Part shown: piece by piece, positions 13,668 to 27,056 of the stretch
Layout: each line of letters starts with the position of its first letter
Position numbering within the stretch: the stretch's first letter is position 1
Assembly: GCF_006345805.1 (NCBI RefSeq)
Contig: NC_043001.1
Location: 94,860,001 to 94,924,000 of the forward strand
Reading direction: 5' to 3'
Length of the DNA stretch: 64,000 nucleotides
Origin: Octopus sinensis
Lineage: Eukaryota
Made by a program: the position numbers and the translations under genes
The notes under the pieces: generated by a model
Told to the model about the DNA's origin: nothing
Databases searched by the model: none
What the model saw: the letters and a program-made list of their open reading frames with translations, nothing else

Positions 13668-14254
13668 CAGATAGAAGGAGGAGAGGGAGAAAGAAAGATA
13701 GTTGAGAGGCAAAGAAGCGATGAAATGCTGATTTCATTAAGAAATTCAAATTTTAAAAAAATTTTTCAAGAAAATATTGTTCCTGATTAGATACCATTAT
13801 TAACCTTGTTAAGATAACGGAATCATTACCTTATCGAATAAATTATTTAGTGGTTTTCTACTCCGTCTTTGCTTTCCGATTTCAAGTCTCTCCCTGTTCA
13901 AAATTGTCGTTGATTAATTCATTGTTCGTTAGATATTGTGGGAATAAAATTGGTTCAATAAAATTCATACATTGTTGCACTTTAATAAATATGAACTTAG
14001 TATTACTTTTGATAAAGTATAGCAAACTTATTATATAAAAAATTCTGATAAATCTGTTGACCGCACTTATTGTCTCTTGCATAGCAGCATCGCAAATTAT
14101 GAATATATATCTACGCAATTATCTAAAGCTAAATACTGGGTAAGGCGTTTACTTCTATAAACGATGCCCTCAGAACGAAGATAGACAATACTACACGCGC
14201 TAGATTGTTCATTAGAACCGTACTATCTGCAGTATTTATGCAAATGAGAACTTG

Positions 14255-14590
14255 GCTATTTGTAAGAGGATCGAACAGCGACTGGCGTCGGTTCAAAGGG
14301 TCATGGAAATATCATTCCGACGGTATATTTTGAATGTGATAATTCGAAAACGGATTTAAGGGAACGATGTAAACGCAGAATACCGAAAACATAATTCCTG
14401 GTGGGCCGGACTAGACGCAAGACGAACAAAAAAAAGCGGAGCCTGCTCAATTGGCAAGTGGTACCCAAGAGATCGGAAGAGGCCTTTTGCATGTCCTTCA
14501 TGATTATGGGAGGACAAATTGCACCAAGAGGGAAACGATTGCGGAATAAAAAGCGTATGTGGCCAGCGGTGCACAATAGCATAGATCCAC
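14255..14590 (+). mobile_element. RTE-clade LINE, decayed 3' end of ORF2
   Basis: Frameshifted peptides EQRLASVQRVME, DLRERC, WWAGLDAR, GKWYPRDRKRP, resembling the RTE C-terminal region (QRLAVAQRAME, RWAGHIAR, EWYPR..KRP). Confidence 0.75.
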
Positions 14591-15074
14591 ATATATATAT
14601 AGGATTTAAATTCAAATTAAATTATACCACATGCACTCATACATATGCATTCACACACATTTACCTAAGAACATGCGTAAACATGGATATTACTAGTCAC
14701 TGACAATTATTAGTAGAATTTCTGGTATGTCAATATGCAAAACGGATTAGCAAAATTAAATTAAATATAAATTCCATGCACGTCAATGAACTTCATAAAT
14801 TGTATGTGTAAATTCATGTAAGGTTTTCTCTGTGTAATATATAGGAATGATTTATTTCTAAGATGCTGACATCTTATTATCCGACGTGTTGATTAATTAT
14901 ATTCGAATCTTATTCTACTAACTTGGCACTCGTCCGGTACACAAAATGTCACACCAAATGCCATCGACTTTAGATGGCTGTCTAAAGCATAAGTTGGAGC
15001 AAGCGATTTTATATCTAATGTTATTAACATTTAGAGTTAGTTAATAAATAACTAAATAAATTAGTTAGTTAGTT

Positions 15075-15575
15075 ATTCATATTACATGGGGAGCATCAGT
15101 CAGCAGCAAAATGTCTCCGTCCTCAACGGGCGTCTGCAAAAGATTTGGCATCCTACCCAACTCATCTCTGCTGCATTATATCCCTCAGAAGAGTCCCCTT
15201 CAATGTTATTTATGGGCGCCCATGTTTCCTTTTCCCACCTTCTGACATTTGAGTTGCTTGTTTGGTAAAAATGATTGCAGTTGAGTTCTTTTCGGTTTTC
15301 ATCAACCCCCGTCATCATCTCTGCTGGAATTGCTTTCCACACATCTTTGCCGATCTGTATTAATATTTGTTTGTGTTTACTGTTTCTGTAGCTGCATAGG
15401 CTTTTAACGAAGCAGGGTGCTGACTTATCGTCGAACCTCCTCGATGGTGTGTTGTAAGTTTGAAGAAGAACCCTTGACACTGATGGATGGTCACCTTGGT
15501 CTATTCATAACCAACTGCACCTGTCAGTAAGCGTGATAATCCCCACCATATAGACAGTTGCCAGTTTAATATTAA
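15075..15575 (-). mobile_element. Unclassified GC-richer interspersed repeat fragment (possibly LINE-derived)
   Basis: Sharp compositional shift against flanks; 126-aa open frame with no recognisable motif. Confidence 0.3.
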
Positions 15576-16029
15576 ATCGGTCGTCTCCTCACTTCATGTA
15601 CTGCATAATGCACGAGTGATAGAAGAAGAAAGAAGCAGCTATCTGCTACCAATGATGGTCTAATCGTTGGTGTCAATCATACCACAAGAAACGTTACAGA
15701 AAGCAAAAGTATATAAATAGAAATACGTTTTCTTTGGAATATTATTTTTCTGTATAAACTTTATTTTGATGCAGCTGCTATATTTGAAATGTTACTGCGT
15801 AAAACCTATGCACGCCATTTTCGTGAAATATATGTGAAAGTTCTTAGTTTTGATATCAATATGAGACGTCAGTGAACTTATTACCATAATATTTATGAGT
15901 ACATTTATTGACTGTCATCCGTTTCATGTCATTCTGTTTTTAAATAGTACAAGATGATTGCGATAATAATACATCTCTCTTCCAATAATGTGTTCAAATC
16001 TTGATAGAAGGCCAACAATTTAGAGCCCA

Positions 16030-16183
16030 GGTCTATCAAACCAACTCAGTGATCAACTCGTACTTATCGACCTTAAAATGTTATGACAAAGAAAGTCGAC
16101 CGCGGCGGTATTTGAACCCCGAACAGAAGAAACGCCGCTAAGTATTTGTCCGGAATGCTAACTATTCTTCCAGCTCGCCACCT
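16030..16183 (-). mobile_element. SINE family A, degenerate
   Basis: Reverse complement of head (CCAGCTCGCC, CGCTAAG, ATTTGAAC) and core. Confidence 0.75.
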
Positions 16184-16210
16184 ATATTTCTCCTGTCATA
16201 TTATTTAAGA

Positions 16211-16681
16211 CTAGCAGTCTAGCCCTGCGTTGCTCGTGTTTGTTTCTTTAGTTGCGTTTAAAACGGTAGACTTTCGTGTCGCGTTAACAAAGTTTTTACA
16301 TAGTTTCAATCTTTTTGGAAAAGTAAAAATATTGCATTATGTAGCTTGTTATTCTCTTTAAGTGAACATGTTTCTGGTTGAAATACACCGAAAGATGGCG
16401 GCACAGCAGTAAAAAAATCGTAAAAAATATAGATTTTTATAGAAAAATGCATCTTATTGATGTAAATAATTTTTGGTGTTAACATGGTCCGATTTGATTT
16501 TTTTCTGTTACGGAATGAAGAGCAAGCATTCTTCTATCATACTCTCAATTTTGGTCAACTAGCGCCGCAGGGTCTTGGAGGAGATATGTTAGTTGATGGC
16601 TACCAAACCTGCGACATACACACACACACACACACGTAGACAAACACACAGACACCTTAAGCTTTATATGTAAAGATAAGA
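16211..16681 (-). mobile_element. Non-autonomous Helitron
   Basis: Minus strand reads A|TC...(GT/CA microsatellite)...degenerate GC hairpin...CTAG|T; terminal structure shared with 33722-34108. Confidence 0.7.
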
Positions 16682-16777
16682 TAGGAAGTTCAATTTACTG
16701 TTCTCGAAAGAAAGGAACTACACACCTACTTTTCAAAAGAGTATTTGCAGTGACAAAACGAAAAATTAAATAAACTT

Positions 16778-16834
16778 GTCTGCATTGTAATATGTATCGA
16801 TGTATGAAGAGTCTGCATTGTAATATGTATCGAT
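16778..16834. repeat. 33-bp-period local duplication
   Basis: GTCTGCATTGTAATATGTATCGAT at 16778 and 16811. Confidence 0.85.
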
Positions 16835-17403
16835 ATATATTCAAGATCTAATAATTCACAAGCTATATAAAAGAGATATACAACACTCAGATTCTTGAGT
16901 CAATGCACGACATTTTACGATATCAGCGTGAATGGATATTATTTGACAAATTAGGTAGGCGTTCTCATGGAATTATATTATTATAAATATCAAACTATAA
17001 TTTATATATAAAGAAAATGTGTAGAAAATAATACGTGTTTATACATATATTTTATACATGTTTATGTATATTTGTGTGTTTGTGCATTTTGCGTATAAGT
17101 GTATATTTCTTTTATTAAGACATTACTGTCTGTTAAGAATAGAGATTATTGTCGCTTAAACTCTCTATATATGCCCACTGTTGGCTCACAGTTCTACGTT
17201 GTATAGTTATACGCAGATAAACTGCAAATTACTTGAAATTAAACGTACTGTAGTTAAGAGAATACAGAGATAACAATAGACCAGCCGGTAAACTATGTCT
17301 CCGACAATTAATAACATATTTATATTCTTTCTATACAGCATCTTCCCATTTTCTTAAATGCATTACCTTTGTATATGAATTAACAGTAGTGTATTTTCCC
17401 ATC

Positions 17404-17442
17404 ATGAACATCATCATCATCATCACCGTCATCATCATCGTT

Positions 17443-17495
<53 letters not shown>

Positions 17496-17611
17496 TATTG
17501 CTATTAAAGGAGGCGAACTGGTAGATATTATTTCTAGTCAAGTACTGGAGTCGATGTGATAGAGTTATCCCCTCTACACAAATTTTAGTACTTGTACCTA
17601 TAGTAGAATAG

Positions 17612-17687
<76 letters not shown>
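17404..17687. repeat. (CAT)n and (ATT)n microsatellites with embedded SINE A remnant (~17505-17610)
   Basis: Direct reading. Confidence 0.85.
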
Positions 17688-18193
17688 GAGTGACAGAACA
17701 GTGCATGCCATCAAAGAGACACTGGGGTAAAATATACGAGTGCCAGTATACCCATCATGACTACCAGTCTCAGAAGGGTACACCAGGCACATGTATCACA
17801 ACCATATCTGCGCGACATGGTGATCTCATATCAAGATAAACAGCGCATGACCTTGCAGGTGGGGCCCAGTTAGGATTTTCTTCTGGTCGAGTAGCCCATT
17901 CCGCTCAAAAGTTCGCTCAGTAAGGATTGTTTTAGTATGTTGAACGAACCACCCATGTTTCCAAATGTGAGTTATCCGAACCTCTAAGAATTCCTTTCAA
18001 CACACGGCTATGATGTCCCCTCACTACTGCTCATGATCAGAGATGCACATATCGCCAGCCACTAAGGGCCATGCTCTACTGGTTAAGGTCAAACCCATCG
18101 TTTTTACCAATACAAAACAATATACATGATAGCACTTCCAAACAGTTAAGATCAGTAGCCATGAGAGCCACTGCCAGGCACTGTATCGGGGCC
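17688..18193. mobile_element. ~500-bp unclassified interspersed repeat flanked by (ATT)n on both sides
   Basis: Complex GC-richer block between trinucleotide tracts; recalled as an abundant octopus repeat (not searched). Confidence 0.6.
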
Positions 18194-18221
18194 TTTATTA
18201 TTATTATTATTATTATTATTA

Positions 18222-18273
<52 letters not shown>

Positions 18274-18420
18274 GTTTTTATTATTATTATTAATATTATT
18301 ATTATTATCATCATCATCATCATCATTGTCATTATTATTATTGTTATTTCCATAACTATTATTCTTATTAATATTATCGCTATTATTTTTACTACTACTA
18401 CTACTACTACCATTATTGTG
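18194..18420. repeat. (ATT)n/(CAT)n/(ACT)n microsatellite tract
   Basis: Direct reading. Confidence 0.95.
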
Positions 18421-19361
18421 AGTCCTCTTTGTTGTCTAATGCATCTGAATTCTATCCTTAATAGCACGCAGAGATAGTGCTACATAAATATGCACACATA
18501 TGCAAGTAGAACCTGAGAGCAAAGAAAAGACACGCTGTTAGTATTCGGTTTCACAGATTCCAAATGTAGGTCAGTACTTGTATGGCATCACTCTCTTTAT
18601 CACTGTCGTATATATTTCTATACCACATACCTATAAAACTAAAAAAAAATTATTCTCAAACATATTCAATGCTATCAAATGTCATTTTGATGTAAGCGGT
18701 CTTCAAATATTTATCGATTCTCTGCGACACATCAAAATACCAAGTCGTACACCCACAACATTTCATGATATATACCTTTAAAATAACTTTCATCATTTGC
18801 GTTATCATTCAAATTTATATATGATTCTGTCCATATAATATATTGCTAAATGTTTGCAACCATATAAAGTATTATAATGCAAAAATTCGATTCAATTTTA
18901 ATTTCTTTTTACGTTCATATCATTTTCTAACAGTTAATTCATCACACTTAATATTTATTACTGTGGTAATTTCCACAATTGCTGTCAACTCTAACTGATA
19001 ATCATAAATATTTAACCAGTATAGACAGGAAAGTTTAATTTTCGCTTTTATTGATGTTCAAAGAATATTTATAACTGAAATACTAATGGAGGTTATAAAA
19101 TCTCCATAGAACGGAGCCATTCTCTCTAATTGATTCTATTAGATACAGTGCTGACAATACCCAAGTGCGTAGACAGCACAATGTAGAAGCAAATGTTGTA
19201 TCCTGATGACAAATCGGCTAATTTTATAGTCCGTGTTATATTATTTAATGACAACTCCTCTCCAACGAATCATACGTGTGACTACGCCAAATACATACAT
19301 AATAACATACACACATTGTATGAATGTGCGTGTACCTTGAGTTATGTATGTGTAGTTGTTT

Positions 19362-19466
19362 TTTCTGTGTACCTTTCTGTAAAAGAGCGTAGGCTCGAAA
19401 CGTAAAATACTTTTTCTATTTCTGAGCGCTATACCAATACATCTGTTTGTTTTGTACACCACCTTT
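19362..19466 (+). mobile_element. Penelope-type terminal repeat fragment
   Basis: GAGCGTAGGCTCGAAACGT...ATACATCTGTTTGTTTTGTACACCACCT; related copies at 42178-42310 (minus) and ~23230-23350, directly downstream of the Penelope ORF. Confidence 0.65.
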
Positions 19467-19793
19467 ATATATATATATATACATATATAAATATATATAT
19501 ATATTATATATATATATATTATATATATATATATATATAAGTATTATTTGAGGGAATATAAATCCAAACTTACAGGGAGGAAAATTCAATTTAGAAATAC
19601 TAAATCAAATTTCACACAATATAATATATATAAAAAATTAGAAAAAATCCACCTTTTATCAATTTAAAATGAACAATTAAATTACACCATCGAGAATATT
19701 ACATATATTAGAAATATTAAAATAAAAATAACAATAAAATATTAATGATTATGTAAAGTGCTAAAAAACGTATATCATTGGTGTATATATATA

Positions 19794-19843
<50 letters not shown>

Positions 19844-19857
19844 GTATATACGTTATC

Positions 19858-20270
19858 GTATTTAAATCGGTGGTCTTGACAGCATTGTCTTATGGTGCAA
19901 TATCTTGGACTTAATACCAAAAGCACATGAATGAGCTTGATGATATTCATATGCAATCCCTGCGTGCTATCTCCAACATAAAAGCAAACGATCATATTCG
20001 TAACAGTGAGGTACTTACAAAATGCAACATATGAGGTGTGAAAGCTTTTCCTCAATAAAATACAGCTTAGATAGTCAGGTTTCTTCTCACGTAAGAATGA
20101 TGTGAGAAGTCTGAAGTAACTTCTGTTTGAGCAATTCCCAAAAGGAAAGTCAGTTGCAAAGCCGGACCTGATATCAGCCATACATCTCCTGAGTTAACAA
20201 TTTAAGCAAAATCTAGTCCAAAACCAGGACCAACTTCGTAAAAACATGAAGGATACGCTGGCAAAAAACT
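19858..20270 (+). mobile_element. RTE (BovB-like) LINE, decayed C-terminal ORF2 fragment
   Basis: Translates VFKSVVLTALSYGAISWT*YQKHMNELDDIHMQSLRAISNIKANDHIRNSEVLTKCNI*GVKAF, resembling VYKAVVLTTLLYGCESWTLY...FHMRCLR...IPNTEVL. Confidence 0.85.
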
Positions 20271-20716
20271 TCTCCTCTAAATGGAAACCTTACCCGTCAT
20301 TCTTCTTTTTTGCCCAAAACAAAACAGTTCTAGGTGTCCACTTAAGAAAGCAGAGAGAAAACAATAGGCATGCTTTTACACAGCCTGTTTCTTTTTAGAA
20401 TTATATGACAAAAATATCTAAAAGAATTTTGTTATGAATACAAATAATCCACGATATGTTATATGTACTCCTCCACACACGCATAAAATTGATTTACATA
20501 TTCACATATTTACGTATTTCATACTCGGAAGAATATGTTGCATTTGAACGGAAGGTGTATAGTATTTGTCATCTTATTAGGATTAACTTTAAATTTTAAT
20601 ATCTGATTTGTTGTGCATTTGATACGTCGACTTACTGTGCTCTACAGATCGATTATTGTTTTCCTTTGGTATTCTATACAAATAATTTTACCACGATTAA
20701 TAAGATCTATATTTGT

Positions 20717-20741
20717 GATATATATATATATATATATGTAA

Positions 20742-20775
<34 letters not shown>

Positions 20776-20809
20776 GTATGTATATATATATATTCATACA
20801 TAAATACAT

Positions 20810-20874
<65 letters not shown>

Positions 20875-21025
20875 CCCTCATTATATATATACTTTTAATA
20901 TTTTACTTGCTTCAGTCATTTTACTGCAGCCGTGTTGGAGCACTAGTTGAGGAGTACTGGAGCAGCATTAAAACCTGGCACACACACGCACACTCAAATG
21001 CACACTCGCACGCACAAACACACAC

Positions 21026-21102
<77 letters not shown>
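20717..21102. repeat. (AT)n/(CA)n microsatellite cluster with SINE B tail remnant (~20900-20965, minus)
   Basis: Direct reading. Confidence 0.85.
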
Positions 21103-21106
<4 letters not shown>

Positions 21107-23360
21107 ATCTCAGACGTCCACGACACCAATTATTCCCTCCGTATTTATATTTTCCTCCTTCTCTTCAGACTACTCTCAACTTCTGTTCACTCTTGGCATT
21201 ACAAGTTTGTATACCGTGATCCCACTCAGCGAAAGAAGGACTTCTTGCGCTTAAACACCTCTTCCACCTTCGGCCTATCACTCAGCCTGACACCTTCATG
21301 CCTCCTCGTCTGGCCGAAGTTTCCTCTCCCTCAAATGCTTCTCTTTCGCGGGTGAGTTTTCCCAAAAAACACTGGAGCCACCATAGGTCTGAGAATGGGA
21401 CCCAAATATGTGAACTTGTTCGTTGACAATGATGAGGCCCAAATTTTCACACAATATACTGGTCCCATTCCTAAGTTATACATTCTTTATATCGATGTTT
21501 GAATCGGTGTCTCCTCACACATCTGTGCAAAACCGGACTCATTCCTCTCCGTTGTCTTCTCGTGCCATCCTGCACTCGAATTCTACTGCACTATCTCTAA
21601 CTCTACCGTAAAATTTCTCGATACGTCTGCTAGCATACACCACTCTGAACTCACTACCTCCATTCACTATATCCACGCTGACTCACATTTCTACATTAGA
21701 TTATCCTCCTTCCTCTATACAAACCACAATCTCCATCCCCTACTTGCAATTTCTGCTTTCACACCGGCTCTGCAGTGACGACCATGACATTCAGACGCAG
21801 TATCAATTCATTACTCACCACTTCGTCCTACGTGGAAATACCAAACTGTCCTTGCCCGGTCACAATCTGTGGGTCCACACTCTGTTCATTCTCTTAAAAC
21901 ATTGCACGTTTTCCCTCATCTACCTCCGACCTACCCCTCCATCGCACTATTCTCCGAGCCTTTCCGCGAATCCATTTCTACCTCTCCATCTCGTACATCT
22001 TCCATAACCTACTCAATCTCTCCTTCAAACAAACCCATAACCTGCGGGACCTCCTGCTACACCAGTTTAATTCATTACCCTGCTCCTGCGCACAAACATG
22101 CCTCTGTCCCTACCTCTTCAACAACACCATCCTCACAGGCACCCATCACCGTTACTATCACATCACCTACTCCTTCAACTGCATCTCCTGTTCTATCTGC
22201 CCTTCCCCGTACATTGGTCAAACGGTACGCCGCATGACTAACCGGTTCGTGGAGCACATCTGAGATATCATGACCCTGCAATGAAACACCGGCTGTCAGG
22301 CGTCACTAGCAGTCATTGGCTACAACATCTGCTTGTGTCAGGACTCTCCCTGAGCAGGGACCAGCCGGAGTCCTGCCCTCACCGTGAACAAAAATTATTC
22401 TTCTCTCTTCATTCCTTTGCACTATATGAGCTCAACGCAGCCCTCTCTTCATCTGACACCAACCCAACACGTATTCCCACACACCTCCCACAATCATCTG
22501 CCCCTCTGAACCTATACAACCTCATACCTCACCCCTCAGTCCCTTCACCACGCACCCACACCTCTACACACACCCATACACCTATACACACTGTGTAACT
22601 CATCACTCTATTCACACACTATTACGCACACAATTACAACAATTTTCCACTCCGAACACGCTAGCACCTTCCACTTCCCAGCACCTACATCACACATCTT
22701 TATTCGCACACCCATACACTGTCTTCCATAATATCACCATATACATCACTATACGAGAAGCCACACACACTGTTTAACTAAGTACACACACCACCCACCA
22801 TCATGCATAATCCCACCCCAACACAATCACACAATACCTGAACACACACAATATATACACAGACAGGCAATACACATAAACACACGCAACACGCCTAGAC
22901 AAAGATACTTTTCGCCCACGAGCTTACAATATACACGTGCACACTATATGGTCACATACACGCACGTACACATCCGCGCACACCACTTTAAAAAAAGTAC
23001 ACATCATATGCTGCACACAACACATACACTCGCACACTTTGCACAGTAACACATATAAATGTGACCGTTTTATTATGTTGCTTTCATTCAACTACTTTAT
23101 ATTAATATTTCCATTTTATTCAACCTCTCTTTCTTTTCATACGCCATGTTGGACCACTGAAATCTAGACTGTATTATTTTCACTCTCCGTTTTCTTTCCC
23201 CTTCTCTCTCCATTTTTTCTCTTTTATTATTTTATTTTCTAAGATTGTAGACTCGACACTTAAAAGTCTTTTCCATTTTTACCGAACGTCAAACTAATAC
23301 AACTGTTTGTTGTTCCTACACCTGTCTTCGTCTTTTATTCTTCTGTAAATTTGAACTATA
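21103..23360 (+). mobile_element. Penelope-like retroelement, decayed (RT + GIY-YIG endonuclease, CA-rich spacer, terminal repeat)
   Basis: LLFTLGITSLYTVIP; GATIGLRMGPKYVNLF...QYTGPIPKLYILYIDV (RT); SIPYLQFLLSHRLCSDD; HNLRDLL; CSICPSPYIGQTVRRMTNRFVEHI (YIG motif); REQKLFFSL; coding relic ends ~22456. Confidence 0.9.
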
Positions 23361-23413
23361 TATATATATGAGTGTGTGCGCATGTATACATAAATAGATA
23401 AATAAATAAATAG

Positions 23414-23419
<6 letters not shown>

Positions 23420-23482
<63 letters not shown>
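23420..23482. repeat. (AT)n microsatellite
   Basis: Direct reading. Confidence 0.95.
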
Positions 23483-23483
<1 letters not shown>

Positions 23484-24711
23484 CACTAGTAACCAATATG
23501 GACCCAGTGTAAGTTATTTGGTTGCTGGTACTCTATTTGAATGTCGTGCTATCCACAACTGATATCCTAACCGGCTTGACAGACTGTCGAGATCTGTGTT
23601 ATTAAATAACGGCTCTTGTGCTCATTCATACTATATCAGATTCTTGGTATGCCCCGTCGAAAATATATAATATATAAATGCATAATAAAGAATCTTTGAA
23701 AATGAAATATACAATAAAGTTTCTATTTTATATTTTTTTCATTTAGTAATTTAATTTTCCATTTATTTTAGTATCGAGCATTTTAAGATATATTGTGAAA
23801 TTTGGACACACGAAATTACGTTTAATAATCACAGCTGAATATTATTTTCGAGTCAAATTATGGGCTGTGAAAATTATTATCAAAATTCTTCACATACACT
23901 ATAGAGCTAAAATCTACAGTGAAAACGCAACCGATTCTTCAGTTTAATATATCTACCGAAAGTTCCAACCGAGATTTTATAAATTAAATTAACTTCGAAG
24001 ATACACTTTTAATATTGTCGAAAAATTAATGTATTCAACCAGTGTCATTCTGTGATTCTTTAAATTTCTCAATAAATATATCTTACAAGGTATATTACAA
24101 TTATGTATATTCCAATTATGTACTAAAGATAATATATCGACTGTATTGGTCCAATTTCATAACATATGGTAGCAACGCCATAGCGTTAATTAAGTTATCA
24201 ACTACACACTGACATTAGAAAAGGTAGGTTTTTTTGCCTTTAGGAATCTATAAAATTGGTGATATTCCCGCGTATTTTTGTTGATATATTATCTACTTTT
24301 TAAAGATATATTGTGAACGCTTTACTATAATCTTTTGAAAGCTTGTAGCAAGTAATGTGTGTGTTAAGAATTTAGTTTCGCAACCACATGATTCCGCTGT
24401 GTTCCGTCTGCCACATGTGACTTCTATTACAATTCCGAGTCGATTAAACCCTTCTTAATAGGTTTAGGAGACAAGAATTGTAAAATGTCTCGCTGTATAT
24501 GTAAATATGAACAGACCTACGTGTCTGTTTGTGTTTGTAGTTGTCCACCACAGCTTGACAACCGTAACGTGAAGGTGGATGTAGAAAATTTATTAAAAGT
24601 AATAAATATATGATCCTTATCTAATACAAGCCAAAGTTAACAAATTCAAATTTGAAAATAGTTTCAGCCTAAAGGGAGATAATTGAGAAAGTCTTGAAAG
24701 TTAATGTATGA

Positions 24712-24943
24712 TCGTAATCATGTAAAGTATATACAACAAATAATTCAGAACCCTTGTCCGGCACCGGATCGATCCCAAAATCTAATCAGCCTGAGCTAGT
24801 CATGAGGCCAAATATCTCTGAAAGTTTCATCCGAATCCATCCAACAGTTCTTGCGATATCTTGTCCACGGACAAACAAGCAAGCACACAAACAAACGTGA
24901 CCGAATAAAAATATCCCCGCCTTCGCTAAGGCGGAGATAATAA
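24712..24943 (+). mobile_element. Helentron/DINE-1-like non-autonomous element, 3' portion
   Basis: AAAGTTTCATCCGAATCCATCC block, (CAAA)n microsatellite, then terminal hairpin TATCCCCGCCTT-CGCT-AAGGCGGAGATA (24912-24939). Confidence 0.6.
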
Positions 24944-25575
24944 ACGGTTAAAGGTAAACATAAAAATTTATTATTTCTTTTTGTAGAAAATAGGATGCAA
25001 ATATAATTTATGTTTAGGGAAGTAAAAACCCTAAAACGGGATATGAAACGAGTATGAAAATTATAAAAATTGTTTGATAGTTAGGAAATCATAAACATAA
25101 ATTCTGCAAGCGGTATTATTTATTATTAATGTATAACAATCAACAAAGTAAAAACCATTATATTCGAAACATAACAGTTGTACGCGATACGATACAGCAT
25201 TTGCATTATTTCCTTTAATAACGTTTGACGTATCAAATAATTACTTACAAAATCAGTGTTCTGGATTCATGTGACATTTTGAAAAATACCAAGTCAACAG
25301 CTGCGTATAATGCAAGTACAAATATTGTGAACATTAATACAAGTATACATATGTTAAACCTGAAATATACTACAATTCGTCACCCTTTTGCTCTTAATTC
25401 AGCATCTGGACTTAGTAAAAATTTCTGAACCGAACTTGAGGAATTTATGTCTTAGTAATTTAAATTATTTGTAATGTATTTCCTTTTGTATCTATTCATA
25501 TCGTATCTGTAACATAAAATCTCAGTATATTCTCGAATATATATGAGGATATATTTCTTTTTAATTTCGTTTTGT

Positions 25576-25606
<31 letters not shown>

Positions 25607-25844
25607 ATCTTTAATTTTTTACTTGCTTCAATCATTACACTGCATCCATGCTGGGGCACCATCATGAAGGATTTATACACGAATGAATCTACCCCAGTGT
25701 TCTTTTTATTAAGTCACGTACTTGTTTTATCTCTGAATCTTGTCGAAACACTAGTTAACGCCGACGTAAGCATAGCCCTAGGGGGAGTCAAGCGGTAGTA
25801 GGGGGACAACACAGGCACAAAGATACACACATACAGCCACACAC

Positions 25845-25867
25845 ACACACCACACACACACACACAC

Positions 25868-25931
<64 letters not shown>
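25845..25931. repeat. (CA)n(AT)n microsatellite
   Basis: Direct reading. Confidence 0.95.
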
Positions 25932-25934
<3 letters not shown>

Positions 25935-25939
25935 ATTGA

Positions 25940-26055
25940 CTTCTTTCAGTGTCCGTCTGCCATATCCACCCTCAAGCCTTCAGACGTCCCGAAGCTATAT
26001 GCAAAGACGCTGGTCTATAGTGCCACACAGTGGGACTCAACCCGGAACCGCAGTT
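25940..26055 (-). mobile_element. SINE family B, degenerate 5' half
   Basis: CTTCTTTCAGT...ATCCAC...CAGTGGGACTCAACCCGGAACC. Confidence 0.7.
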
Positions 26056-27056
26056 TACTCTTCTGTTATAGGAAGGATCAACAAAATGTACTCTATACAC
26101 TGAGAGATAGTATCATTAATATAACACAATATAAAAATGAGATACTAATAGGTGTATGATATAGAGATACAATAATTTCTTAGATTTACATAATATGCTG
26201 TTTCTCCAAGCAATCTCTCATGCCATTAGAGCTATTTGAAAATTGGAACGCTAGGAGTTAGTAAAACATGAGAAATAAACGATAAGAAAAACACGAAGAA
26301 ATTTGATGCAGCTAGCGGAATGAGGAGAAAGAAAAGAAAGAGAATTCAAGATCCACGTCTTCTTTGTCGCTATAAGATGGTTTGAACATTTAAAACAGTT
26401 AAGGGTGGCACATGTTTCTTGCGATTTCAAACGAAATAATATTGAATATCGGGATAGGCAAGCAATTATTTATTTATTTTCCTTCAGGTCTTGTATGCTT
26501 GTTGTGCAAAAACCTGCGTATTGAAGTACAACAGTTGAGGTAATAGTCTCAATCTGAAAATAACTGCAGGTTAGTTTCTAACGAGATGTATTTTTCACTT
26601 TCCTTCATTATTTACGCATGTAAAACACTTTTCAAAGACTCATTGAAGTTTTTCTTCATTGACTAAAGATGTCACAAATTTCTTATTAATTTTGGGACAA
26701 GATACAATACCAGATCTCAGTAAATTTACAGTAAAAATCTTCAAAACACCTAAATAAACAATAACAGAACCTTTCTGCTGTTGTTGCTATTTTCCTTTGA
26801 AGCTTTTCTAGAATTCTAATGGCGGTAGAAACACAAATAGCTTTTTTATCTCCAAACGTTCGTACAGCTGAGTACGATTCGTTGAAAGTTCCGCCTTCGA
26901 AATGATTTCGAGCATTTCTTCAACATAAAAGGATACACCTGCACATTTACACTGTTCTTATTTTACTATTTATCTATGTTCGAATGTGAGATGTCAATGC
27001 ATGGCTCTCCATTATTTTACTTCCGCACACACAAGTTTATATATGAATATATATAT

